A DNA stretch of 64,000 nt from Candidatus Omnitrophota bacterium (GTDB lineage: Bacteria > Omnitrophota > Gorgyraeia > Gygaellales > Profunditerraquicolaceae), in NCBI GenBank assembly GCA_030650425.1, contig JAUSED010000003.1, forward strand, positions 199,903 to 263,902, written 5' to 3'. Positions 45,823 to 54,098 of the stretch are shown here, one piece after another (within the stretch, counting starts at the first letter, position 1; each line of letters begins with the position of its first letter). The notes under the pieces were generated by a model. That model ran no database searches. It was given only the letters and a program-made list of their open reading frames with translations, and had not been told where the DNA came from. Made by a program: the position numbers and the translations under genes.

Positions 45823-45900
45823 GAAGAATTCCGTGAAGAATTCCGGGCAGAAGAATTCCCAATTCCGGGCAATTCCGCAATTCCGGCAATTCCGCAATTC
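45823..45900 (+). repeat. Irregular tandem array of eight AATTC(C)(G)n units
   Basis: AATTC at 45827, 45839, 45854, 45861, 45871, 45879, 45888 and 45896. Confidence 0.9.
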
Positions 45901-46402
45901 AGGGGACAGTGCGCCAAGAAAGCTAATATGAACAGGCCGTAATAAACGGCACGGTCAAAGACTAACCATCAGGCCGTTACTATAGCTCTGCGTACAGCGA
46001 GGTAATAAGCTGTATGAAGCCAGAGTGAAGGAGATTGTCAACCGTAACGCAAGTGAAGGCAGTAAGTCCCGAAATGAATACGTCGCAGTGGGCTAATGGT
46101 TTGTCCCCTATGAAGCCAGCAGTATCACGCGCGTAAAGGTGAGTGCGTGATGTCCTGCCGGGATTGTAAGCCACAGTGGGCAATCAATATGTTTGTATTG
46201 GAACTTGTGAGAACCAACGTGTTTCCCATAAGTCGTCAACGAGCTTCTAAAGAAGCAAGGAGATGATAAGGCACGTTGGTAGTCGGACTAACTCATAGTA
46301 CTCAATGATATTGGGAAAGCCAATAACAAGGGGAAGGGGTTAGCAGTTAAAGTTGCACGAGGCTAAGGAAACATTGAGCGGACTCAAAGTCTGTGGAAAG
46401 CA

Positions 46403-47701
46403 ATGGAAACAAAATTAGACTCACTAAGTCAGTATGCCGCAAAAGAACCTCAGCGGAAATTCGTTAACATAATGTATCAGGTTAACGAAAGTTCTTTGAA
46501 GGCGAACTTCTATCTGCTCGGCAGGAAACGTGCAGTAGGAGTGGATGGCGTAGGTTGGCAGGAATATGGAGAAGGATTAGATGCCAACATCGATAACCTC
46601 TTGGAACGGATGAAGAGAATGGGCTATCGGCCGCAACCTGTAAGACGGGTGTATATACCTAAAGGCAGGAATGATAAAAGGCCTTTGGGTATCCCCACGG
46701 TAGAAGATAAGGTTGCGCAGAAGACAATGAGCCGGATTATGGAAGCGGTTTATGAACAAGACTTCTATGAATTCTCATACGGATTCCGTCCGGGAAAGAG
46801 TTGTCATCAGGCGCTTAAGCGAGTCGGCGAAATTATCAACTTTAAGCCAATCAACCATATTATCGAAGCGGACATCAAAGGGTTCTTCGATAACGTAGGA
46901 CACGAAAAGCTAATGGAATTGGTAAGAAGGAGAATTACCGATAAGAAATTCCTGCGTTATATCGTGCGCTTCCTGAAAGCCGGATATATTGAATCCGGTT
47001 TGTTAAAGGAAGCAAAACAAGGCACTCCGCAGGGAGGAAACTTAAGCCCGTTATTGGCTAACATATTTCTGCATTATGTGCTGGATGAATGGTTTGAAAA
47101 GGAGTTGAAACCGACTCTTGTAGGCCAGTGTTATTTGGTGAGGTATTGCGACGATTTTGTTATCTTGACGCAATATCAGCAAGAGGCAAAGACGGTAATG
47201 ACCCGGCTGCAAGAGAGATTCGAGGCATATGGCCTTGAACTCAACACGGAGAAATCAGGAGTAATAAGTTTTGGCCGCTATGAGCGGGAAAATGCCGAAA
47301 AACAGCTAAGGCGGGCAAATACTTTTGATTTCTTAGGGTTTACGCATTACTGCGCTTTGACACGTAAAGGCAAATTCAAGGTTAGTCGAAGGACAAGTGC
47401 TGAAAGATTCCGTAAGAGCCTCAGAGAAATATATCTCTGGCTCAAGGCTTTCAAGAATACGATTAGCATTAAGGAGTTATGGACACAGCTTGTAAGTAAA
47501 TTAAGAGGGCATTATCAATATTATGGTGTGAGTGAAAATCTTAGGAGGTTGCAAGAATTTTACCACCACATAGAAGATATGGCCTTTAAATTGCTCAACC
47601 GGCGGTGCGATAAGAAGTCCTTCAACTGGCGGGGATTCTGCAAATACTTGCAACGGTTTCCATTACCCAAGCCGCACATAGTATGTAACTTTTACGCATA
47701 A
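46403..47701 (+). CDS. ltrA: Group II intron reverse transcriptase/maturase without an endonuclease domain
   Basis: AVGVDG, RPLGIP, SYGFRPG, DIKGFFD, GTPQGG, RYCDD and FDFLGF motifs plus a maturase X domain. Confidence 0.95.
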   Translation: METKLDSLSQYAAKEPQRKFVNIMYQVNESSLKANFYLLGRKRAVGVDGVGWQEYGEGLDANIDNLLERMKRMGYRPQPVRRVYIPKGRNDKRPLGIPTVEDKVAQKTMSRIMEAVYEQDFYEFSYGFRPGKSCHQALKRVGEIINFKPINHIIEADIKGFFDNVGHEKLMELVRRRITDKKFLRYIVRFLKAGYIESGLLKEAKQGTPQGGNLSPLLANIFLHYVLDEWFEKELKPTLVGQCYLVRYCDDFVILTQYQQEAKTVMTRLQERFEAYGLELNTEKSGVISFGRYERENAEKQLRRANTFDFLGFTHYCALTRKGKFKVSRRTSAERFRKSLREIYLWLKAFKNTISIKELWTQLVSKLRGHYQYYGVSENLRRLQEFYHHIEDMAFKLLNRRCDKKSFNWRGFCKYLQRFPLPKPHIVCNFYA

Positions 47702-47726
47702 CCGAATACTGATGGAAACTTACTGA

Positions 47727-47793
47727 AGAGCCGTATGCGGGAAATCCGCAAGTACGGTTCTGTGAGGGGCTCTGAAATACGGGCCTACTCGAC
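47727..47793 (+). ncRNA. Group II intron domains V and VI
   Basis: AGC catalytic triad hairpin followed by the branch-point hairpin and terminal AC. Confidence 0.9.
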
Positions 47794-47829
47794 CGATACT
47801 TAATTCCTCGGAGAAAAGGAACGAACGGG

Positions 47830-47851
47830 GGGCGTCCCAAAAAGGGACACC
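47830..47851. repeat. Short GGGACA-containing hairpin, possibly a terminator for the minus-strand gene
   Basis: GGGCGTCCC-AAAA-GGGACACCC. Confidence 0.5.
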
Positions 47852-47883
47852 CTTGGTTTAGCTGATGCGATGAAGAATCGTAA

Positions 47884-48299
47884 CTAATCCCTATAAAATC
47901 CTATTCTGCGCTTGGGTTTTTCCGGGGGAGCCATAAGCTGGCGGATGGCTTCAAATATCTCTTTGATCGTCTGGTTGTGTTCGGCATATCTCTTCTCAAG
48001 TGATTCAATCTTTACAGCTAATTCTTTATGCGTTAAAAGAATTAGCCTTAGTTTAGTAAAGGCCCGCATAATTAATATATTTACTTGAATGTCCCTTTCA
48101 CTATTTAGCACACTTGAGAGCATAGCCACTCCTTGTTCGGTAAAGACATAAGGTAGATATTTAATGTTTTGGCCTTGTTTCAAGGACGCAAAATGCGACC
48201 TTGAATTTAAGATCACATTTTGTGATCTTAAAGAATCCAATTCTTCATTTGTAATTTGAAACATGAAATCATGGTGAAAAGCGGTATTAGTTCTTTCAT
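47884..48299 (-). pseudogene. ORF6N-domain DNA-binding protein with an internal deletion and frameshift
   Basis: DFMFQIT..E...LRSQ, YLPYVFTEQGVAMLSSVLNS and RIGF motifs. An out-of-frame MKELIP start at 48299 joins directly to FHHDFMFQ, so most of the ORF6N N-terminus is missing. Confidence 0.8.
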
Positions 48300-48490
48300 T
48301 TTATTCTCGTCTCTACTATAATAGACGTAAGATAAGGTAAAATCTAACAAAGAATTATTTAAATAACAAGGCAAATGCAATGTTTGAACTAATTCAGCCT
48401 AATCTTGAAGTCACAAATTGTGACTTCAAGATTTAAAGTGAAAAATAGACGCTGAACGTATTGTTCAAGATCGCAATTTGTGATCTCAAA
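48179..48490. repeat. Four related palindromes of about 27 bp (48179-48205, 48206-48232, 48401-48433, 48464-48490)
   Basis: Shared core R-W-C-R-CA-WWW-TG-Y-GA-Y; arm matches are 11/12, 12/12, 16/16 and 9/12. Confidence 0.88.
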
Positions 48491-48530
48491 GGTTATCGGA
48501 AACGCAGACACTACTCAAAGGGAGGGAAAG

Positions 48531-49001
48531 GTGAAAAAGTATATTATTTTTCTCTTATTTTTCCTGGCTTTGAATATTAACGTTTATTGCGGCCAGGAAA
48601 GCAGGATTGAGTTGACTGATGGCAGCGTGCTTAACGGAGAAGTAACTTCTTTAGCCAGCGGCACTTATACTATCAACACCGCTTCTATGGGCGTAATAAA
48701 AATTGACGCGGCAAAGGTCGCTAAAATTGAATCAGTGAAATCCTCCGCGCTTAGTTCAGCAATTAATCTTACACCGGCACAAATTAACAGCTATAAGCAA
48801 AAAATTATGGGTAATCCGGATGCAGCCGCCGCAATCAAAAGTCTATCTGCTAATCCTCAGATTAAGGCGTTAGCGGAAGATCCGGAAATTGTCAATGCCG
48901 CCAAGTCCGGGAATATCCAAGAATTGTTCAGTAACAAAAAGTTTACGGATGTTTTAGAAAGCCCTGAGATACAAGAAACAGCTAAGAAAATTAAGCAATA
49001 G
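48531..49001 (+). CDS. Hypothetical exported protein
   Basis: GTG after a GGAGG SD, signal peptide, IELTDGSVLNGEV beta motif and STI1-like helical tail. Confidence 0.7.
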   Translation: MKKYIIFLLFFLALNINVYCGQESRIELTDGSVLNGEVTSLASGTYTINTASMGVIKIDAAKVAKIESVKSSALSSAINLTPAQINSYKQKIMGNPDAAAAIKSLSANPQIKALAEDPEIVNAAKSGNIQELFSNKKFTDVLESPEIQETAKKIKQ

Positions 49002-49015
49002 CAAGGAGAGATGTT

Positions 49016-49480
49016 ATGGGTAAGAAGATAAAGCGGATAATCGCTAAAGAAGGGTTGATCATTATCGCCATCGCGGCGATAATGTATATTTTTAAGACAT
49101 TCGTGCCCTCTTTCACGTTCCCTTATCCGAAAGTGAAATTAGCATTCCAGGATGGAACCTCGAATATTATAGAGATCTATCCGGAGATGACTACCTCTGA
49201 GCTCGCGGGTAAGATCGGCCCAAGCGGGTTGATCAAGAAATATCATTGCCCAACCCCTGAACTTATCTCCAAGCGGATCGATAAATTCATCCAGGAGAAC
49301 AAAAAGACTTCAGCGCTGGTTGATAAAAAGTGTGTGAATGAAAAACAGCTCTATCTGTATAGGGCATACTTTAATTTCCTGTTTCAACCTTTGCCTTTTA
49401 GGACATTAACTATCTATCTTTTCTTATTACTTATCCGTTTCATTGGCTGGGCGGTCAGGGTATTGAATAAAAATGTTTGA
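49016..49480 (+). CDS. Hypothetical membrane protein
   Basis: AGGAG SD and two TM segments; overlaps the tgt start. Confidence 0.7.
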   Translation: MGKKIKRIIAKEGLIIIAIAAIMYIFKTFVPSFTFPYPKVKLAFQDGTSNIIEIYPEMTTSELAGKIGPSGLIKKYHCPTPELISKRIDKFIQENKKTSALVDKKCVNEKQLYLYRAYFNFLFQPLPFRTLTIYLFLLLIRFIGWAVRVLNKNV

Positions 49481-50615
49481 ATTAATTCAGCAAGATAAAA
49501 ATAGCGGGGCGAGGCTGGGAAAGCTGACTACGGAGCATGGGGTAATCAATACGCCTTGTTTTATGCCTGTTGGGACGCACGCGACCATCAAAGGGCTTTA
49601 TCCTAAGGATGTGGAAGAGGCAGGCGCGGAAATTATGCTCTCTAATACCTATCATTTGTTCTTACGGCCGGGAATGGAGATTATCCGTAAAGCCAAGGGA
49701 TTACACAACTTTATTGCGTGGAAAAAGCCGATTCTTACGGATAGCGGTGGTTATCAGGTGTTTAGTTTAGCGCTTTTAAGGAAGCTAAGCGATAAAGGCG
49801 TGGAGTTTCAGTCGCATATCGATGGATTTAAACATTTCCTGACTCCTGAAGATGTAATCGACATACAACAGGATTTAGGCTCGGATATTATGATGCCGCT
49901 GGATGAATGTGTGCATTACCCCTGCGGAAAAGATCAGGCGGAAGTAGCGATGAAGCGCACGATCAATTGGGCTAAACGTTCGCATAAGCATCTAGAAGAG
50001 CATAAAAAGCATGGTCCAACCAAGAAGCAGCTCCTTTTTGGTATTGTGCAGGGCGCGACCTACGAAGACCTGCGTACTGAATGCGCCAAGGAATTAACCG
50101 ATATTGATTTCGATGGCTTTAGCATTGGCGGAGTTTCTGTTGGCGAACCCAGCGATTTAATCTATAATATATTATCTTTTAGCGCGAAATTACTTCCTCA
50201 GCATAAGCCGCGTTATGCTATGGGCATAGGTTATCCGCCGGATATCATCGAGGCAGTGGAGCGAGGGATTGATATGTTTGATTGTGTGGTTCCTACCCGT
50301 TACGGCAGGAATGGAACCGCTTTTACCAGTACCGGAAAGATAATTATCAGGAACGCTCCCTTTGCCGAAGATTTTAGGGCACTCGATGCTAAATGCGGCT
50401 GCTATACCTGTAAGACTTTCAGCCGGGCATACCTGCGCCATTTGTTTAACGCGCAGGAGATGCTCGGTTTGACCTTACTTTCTTTACACAATGTTTATTT
50501 CTTTTTGGATTTGGCGCGTAAGATCAGAGAGGCAATTCGGCAGGATAGGTTTAGTGACTTCAAAAAAGAATTCTTGAGTCAGTATAATAGTTTGATAGGG
50601 GACACTTTCCTTTAA
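49473..50615 (+). CDS. tgt: tRNA-guanine transglycosylase
   Basis: TPCFMPVGT, TDSGGYQVFSL, DMFDCV and CGCYTC motifs. Confidence 0.97.
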   Translation: MFELIQQDKNSGARLGKLTTEHGVINTPCFMPVGTHATIKGLYPKDVEEAGAEIMLSNTYHLFLRPGMEIIRKAKGLHNFIAWKKPILTDSGGYQVFSLALLRKLSDKGVEFQSHIDGFKHFLTPEDVIDIQQDLGSDIMMPLDECVHYPCGKDQAEVAMKRTINWAKRSHKHLEEHKKHGPTKKQLLFGIVQGATYEDLRTECAKELTDIDFDGFSIGGVSVGEPSDLIYNILSFSAKLLPQHKPRYAMGIGYPPDIIEAVERGIDMFDCVVPTRYGRNGTAFTSTGKIIIRNAPFAEDFRALDAKCGCYTCKTFSRAYLRHLFNAQEMLGLTLLSLHNVYFFLDLARKIREAIRQDRFSDFKKEFLSQYNSLIGDTFL

Positions 50616-50651
50616 AGTATTTCCGATAGCTTTGATGGAAAGTGTCCCCTA
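50596..50651. repeat. GGGGACA-family inverted repeat (15-bp perfect arms) overlapping the tgt stop
   Basis: TAGGGGACACTTTCC-N26-GGAAAGTGTCCCCTA. Confidence 0.87.
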
Positions 50652-50677
50652 ATAGTGAGGTTTGGATGGATTTAACT

Positions 50678-51349
50678 ATGCGTATTGATATTATCACTAT
50701 TTTCCCTAAAATGTTTGAGCCGGTGTTGAATGAGTCAATTATGCGGCGCGCGCAGGCTAAGGGTAAAGTTAAGTTCTTTATCCATGATTTACGGGATTAT
50801 ACCAGTGATAAACACCGTAAAGTGGATGACCGGGTCTTTGGCGGCGGTTCAGGTATGCTGATGCGGCCAGAACCGATTTTTAATGCCATAGCGAAATTAA
50901 AGCGTCAAGCCAAGGTAATTTTACTTTCTCCTCAAGGGAAAAAATTAGACCAGAAGATTGTCAAAAGATTATCCAAAGAGAAGAATCTCATTCTGATTTG
51001 CGGCCATTATGAAGGAGTGGATGAAAGAGTACGCGAAAAATTGGTTGATGAAGAGATTTCCATTGGAGATTATGTCTTGACCGGAGGAGAGCTGCCGGCT
51101 ATGGTTTTGGTAGATAGCCTTGTCCGGCTTATCCCGGGAGTTTTAGGGGATAAAAATTCCTTGAATTTTGAGTCATTTGAAGGTAATCTATTAGAACATC
51201 CGCATTATACCCGTCCGGCAAATTTCCGGCGGATGAAAGTTCCGGAAGTGCTGCTTTCCGGAGACCATCAAAAAATCGAAGCCTGGAGAAAGAAAGAGGC
51301 GCTCAAAAGAACCAAGCAAAGGCGCCCAGATTTATTAAACAGTAAGTAA
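50678..51349 (+). CDS. trmD: tRNA (guanine37-N1)-methyltransferase
   Basis: [20 protein letters not shown] and [11 protein letters not shown] motifs; start adjusted to ATG 50678. Confidence 0.97.
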   Translation: MRIDIITIFPKMFEPVLNESIMRRAQAKGKVKFFIHDLRDYTSDKHRKVDDRVFGGGSGMLMRPEPIFNAIAKLKRQAKVILLSPQGKKLDQKIVKRLSKEKNLILICGHYEGVDERVREKLVDEEISIGDYVLTGGELPAMVLVDSLVRLIPGVLGDKNSLNFESFEGNLLEHPHYTRPANFRRMKVPEVLLSGDHQKIEAWRKKEALKRTKQRRPDLLNSK

Positions 51350-51369
51350 GAGAGGAGAAACAAACACAC

Positions 51370-51726
51370 ATGGATAAAATGAAACTCATTGAGTCACAAT
51401 TTGTGAAAAAAGACGTACCGGAGTTTGGGGTCGGAGATACGGTCAAGGTGATGACTAGAATCCCCGAGGGCCCGGATAAGTTCCGCCTGCATCCTTTTGA
51501 GGGAGTAGTTATTGCTAAAGAAGGTTCCGGGGCAAGGGAACATTTTACGGTGAGAAAAATTTCTTACGGAGAGGGGATTGAACGCGTATTCCCGCTTTAT
51601 TCTCCGAGTATTGAGCGCATTGAACTTATCCACTCAGGAAAAGTAAGAAGGGCTAAGCTTTATTATTTAAGAGGTAAAGTTGGCAAGCGCGCCACCAAAA
51701 TCGAAAGCAAGCAAGAGAAGAAATAG
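51370..51726 (+). CDS. rplS: 50S ribosomal protein L19
   Basis: FEGVVI, FTVRKIS and [10 protein letters not shown] motifs. Confidence 0.98.
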   Translation: MDKMKLIESQFVKKDVPEFGVGDTVKVMTRIPEGPDKFRLHPFEGVVIAKEGSGAREHFTVRKISYGEGIERVFPLYSPSIERIELIHSGKVRRAKLYYLRGKVGKRATKIESKQEKK

Positions 51727-52333
51727 AGATTTACTTTATTACGAGCGTTTGCTTAAAAAAGACGGCTGCGATTTAATTATTGGGGTGGATGAAGCTGGCC
51801 GCGGCCCGTTAGCCGGGCCGGTAGTAGCCGCGGCAGTCGCGCTTAAAACTATAAATTTTAAAAACCGGATAGATGATTCTAAGCGTTTAAGTTCCAGTTT
51901 ACGCGAAAAGGCTTTCGCGGAAATTACCAAAAAATCGATATTTGGCGTAGGTATAGTCAGTGAAAAATTAATCGACCGGATTAATATTTTACAAGCTACG
52001 CGCCGGGCAATGCAAAAAGCGGTTATTTCTTTGACAAGTAATCTTAAGGGCCTCGATTCTTTAAATATCCACGTGATTGTTGACGGGAAGATGTCTCTGG
52101 ATTTAGCTTGGCCTTGCACTGATATTATTAAAGGGGACGCTAAGTCCAAGAGCATCGCCGCCGCCTCAATATTAGCTAAAGTTACCCGCGATCGGATTAT
52201 GCAAAAATACGACTCTCTTTATCCGGAGTATGGTTTCGCTCAGCATAAAGGTTACCCCACAGAGAGGCATCGGGGCATCCTGCGGGAAAAAGGCCCCTGC
52301 GCGATCCATAGGAAGAGTTTTTACGGTGTCTAG
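51680..52333 (+). CDS. rnhB: Ribonuclease HII
   Basis: [16 protein letters not shown] and IAAASILAK motifs; TTG start inside rplS after AGAGGT. Confidence 0.95.
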   Translation: MASAPPKSKASKRRNRDLLYYERLLKKDGCDLIIGVDEAGRGPLAGPVVAAAVALKTINFKNRIDDSKRLSSSLREKAFAEITKKSIFGVGIVSEKLIDRINILQATRRAMQKAVISLTSNLKGLDSLNIHVIVDGKMSLDLAWPCTDIIKGDAKSKSIAAASILAKVTRDRIMQKYDSLYPEYGFAQHKGYPTERHRGILREKGPCAIHRKSFYGV

Positions 52334-52706
52334 AGATAATTTGAAATCAGGGGTTCTGGCGGAAGATAGGGCGGAAGGATTCCTTAAGGCAAGCGGCTAT
52401 AAAATCCTGCAACGGAATTATAAAACTAAATTAGGTGAAGTAGATATTGTCGCTAGAGATAAAGATACGCTTTGTTTTATTGAAGTAAAGTTTCGTTCAT
52501 CCGACAGGTTTGGTTCGGGCCTTGAGGCAGTATCCGGGTTAAAACAGAGGCAGATTTCCAAGGCAGCTTTGAGTTTCTTAAAGGAAAAAAATCTCTTGGA
52601 CAAAAGAGCGAGGTTTGATGTTTTGTCCTTGGATTGTTCGGGGAGCGCAGAAAAAATTACCCTGATCAAGAACGCGTTTGATTTAGACGCAAGGTTTAGC
52701 TATTAA
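52326..52706 (+). CDS. yraN: YraN family (UPF0102) nuclease
   Basis: GEVDIVA, FIEVK and RFDV motifs; GTG start at 52326. Confidence 0.9.
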   Translation: MSRDNLKSGVLAEDRAEGFLKASGYKILQRNYKTKLGEVDIVARDKDTLCFIEVKFRSSDRFGSGLEAVSGLKQRQISKAALSFLKEKNLLDKRARFDVLSLDCSGSAEKITLIKNAFDLDARFSY

Positions 52707-52707
52707 A

Positions 52708-53268
52708 ATGTACAAAAGCCAATCGCTTAAAAAATATCTGGATGATTTAGCAGCCAAGCTTCCTGCTCCGGGAGGCGGTTCAGCCGCGGCTTTTTGCGCC
52801 GCGATGGGCGCGGCATTAATCAGCATGGTGGTTAATTTTACTTTAGGTAAACCTCAATACGCCAAATATGAGCATGAATTAAAGGATATTCTTCACAAAT
52901 CCGAAAGCTTAAGGCAGGAATTCTTGAGATTGACAGATCTGGATGTTGTTGTTTATAAGAGCAAGAATACGCGGGATGCCTTGAATACGCCTTTTATGGT
53001 AGCGAGGCTTTGTTTTGAGGGGATGAAGTTATGCCCCGCGCTGATCAAAAAAGGGAATGTTAATTTAATCAGCGATGTGGCTGTGGCGGGGGCCTTATTG
53101 GAAGGCGCTTTTACCAGCGCGTATTTTAACGTCGAAATCAATCTAAAAACCCTGAATGACCGGAAGCTTGCGCAAGCAATCAGGAAAGAGCTCAATCAAA
53201 AAGGCAGATTAATCAGGAGGATAAGATTAGATACGGAGGAGAAAGTTGGCACAATTATTAGAGGGTAA
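52708..53268 (+). CDS. Methenyl-THF cyclohydrolase / formiminotransferase-cyclodeaminase C-domain protein
   Basis: PAPGGGSAAA, GNVNLISD and NVEINL motifs. Confidence 0.88.
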   Translation: MYKSQSLKKYLDDLAAKLPAPGGGSAAAFCAAMGAALISMVVNFTLGKPQYAKYEHELKDILHKSESLRQEFLRLTDLDVVVYKSKNTRDALNTPFMVARLCFEGMKLCPALIKKGNVNLISDVAVAGALLEGAFTSAYFNVEINLKTLNDRKLAQAIRKELNQKGRLIRRIRLDTEEKVGTIIRG

Positions 53269-54091
53269 ACCGTTAGCGGAAAAAATAAAAGAAGAAATCA
53301 AGAAGCAAGTTGTTTCTTTGAAAGTTAAGCCGGTTTTGGCCAGCATTATGGTGGGAGAAAATGCCGGCGCAGCCAGCTATGTTAAATCGCAGGCTAAGGC
53401 CGCGGAAAATTTAGGGATAGAGTACCGTTTACAAACCTTGCCTCAGGATACTACGGAAAATGCTTTAATTGATTTCATCCGCAAACTGAATGTGGATCAA
53501 TCGGTCAATGGGATGATTATCCAGATGCCCCTTCCGGCGGCGATAGACTATAAAAAGATCAGCCAGTTTATTTCACCTGAAAAAGACATCGAAGGGATGC
53601 ATCCGCAAAACATCGGTAAGCTTTTATTCGGTAAAGCCAAACTTATTCCTTGCACCGCAGCCGCGGCTATGGAACTGATTAATTCCAGCGGGATTGATTT
53701 ATACGGTAAAGAGGTTGTGGTTGTGGGCCATAGCGAGATAGTCGGGAAGCCGTTAGCGCTTTTATTGTTGGATAAATTCGCCACGGTTACGGTAAGTCAT
53801 ATCGGCACAAGTAAGGCCGGCAAGCTGGAAGAGCATGTAAGACGAGCTGAAGTTTTGGTTGTGGCGGTGGGTAAAGCCGGATTAATCAAAGGCGATTGGA
53901 TTAAAGAAGGCGCCGTAGTTATAGATGTAGGCATCAATCGCGTCGCAGAAAAAATAGTCGGCGATGTGGAGTTTGAAGCGGCAGAAAAACGCGCCGCGTT
54001 TATTACGCCTGTTCCCGGCGGCGTCGGCCCGCTGACCGTAACCATGTTAATGCGTAACTTAGTTGAAGCAGCCAAAGCGCAGCAACAATAG
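53246..54091 (+). CDS. folD: Methylene-THF dehydrogenase/cyclohydrolase
   Basis: KDIEG, PCT, IDVGIN and TPVPGGVGP motifs. Confidence 0.96.
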   Translation: MAQLLEGKPLAEKIKEEIKKQVVSLKVKPVLASIMVGENAGAASYVKSQAKAAENLGIEYRLQTLPQDTTENALIDFIRKLNVDQSVNGMIIQMPLPAAIDYKKISQFISPEKDIEGMHPQNIGKLLFGKAKLIPCTAAAAMELINSSGIDLYGKEVVVVGHSEIVGKPLALLLLDKFATVTVSHIGTSKAGKLEEHVRRAEVLVVAVGKAGLIKGDWIKEGAVVIDVGINRVAEKIVGDVEFEAAEKRAAFITPVPGGVGPLTVTMLMRNLVEAAKAQQQ

Positions 54092-54098
54092 ATGAATT

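Larger units (their letters stand above)
45909..47793 (+). mobile_element. Complete group II intron (IIB-like, possibly bacterial class E)
   Basis: 5' GTGCG at 45909; internal RT ORF; domain V GAGCCGTATGCGG-GAAAT-CCGCAAGTACGGTTC; domain VI ending CCTACTCGAC at 47793; removing it restores a repeat found at 45077. Confidence 0.92.
43601..49472. other. Accessory island between queA and tgt
   Basis: AT-rich orphan ORFs, a group II intron, a pseudogene and many palindromes separate the normally adjacent queA and tgt. Confidence 0.75.

Noticed and set aside
45823-45900. AATTCC array as a CRISPR
   Set aside because: Units are about 7-15 nt with no unique spacers, and no cas genes are present.
43601-45900. 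Integron cassette array
   Set aside because: No integron integrase, and I could not find convincing RYYYAAC...GTTRRRY attC sites.
45980-46183. 67-aa minus-strand ORF
   Set aside because: It is antisense to intron domain I RNA.
46403-47701. RT as a DGR, retron or defence RT
   Set aside because: The GTGCG 5' end, domains V/VI and the maturase domain identify a group II intron.
48480-48530. Longer start for the exported protein
   Set aside because: That GTG lies inside a palindrome; GTG 48531 has the SD and the signal peptide.
50642-50677. N-terminal extension of TrmD
   Set aside because: The GTG lies inside the repeat arm; the canonical MRIDI start is at 50678.
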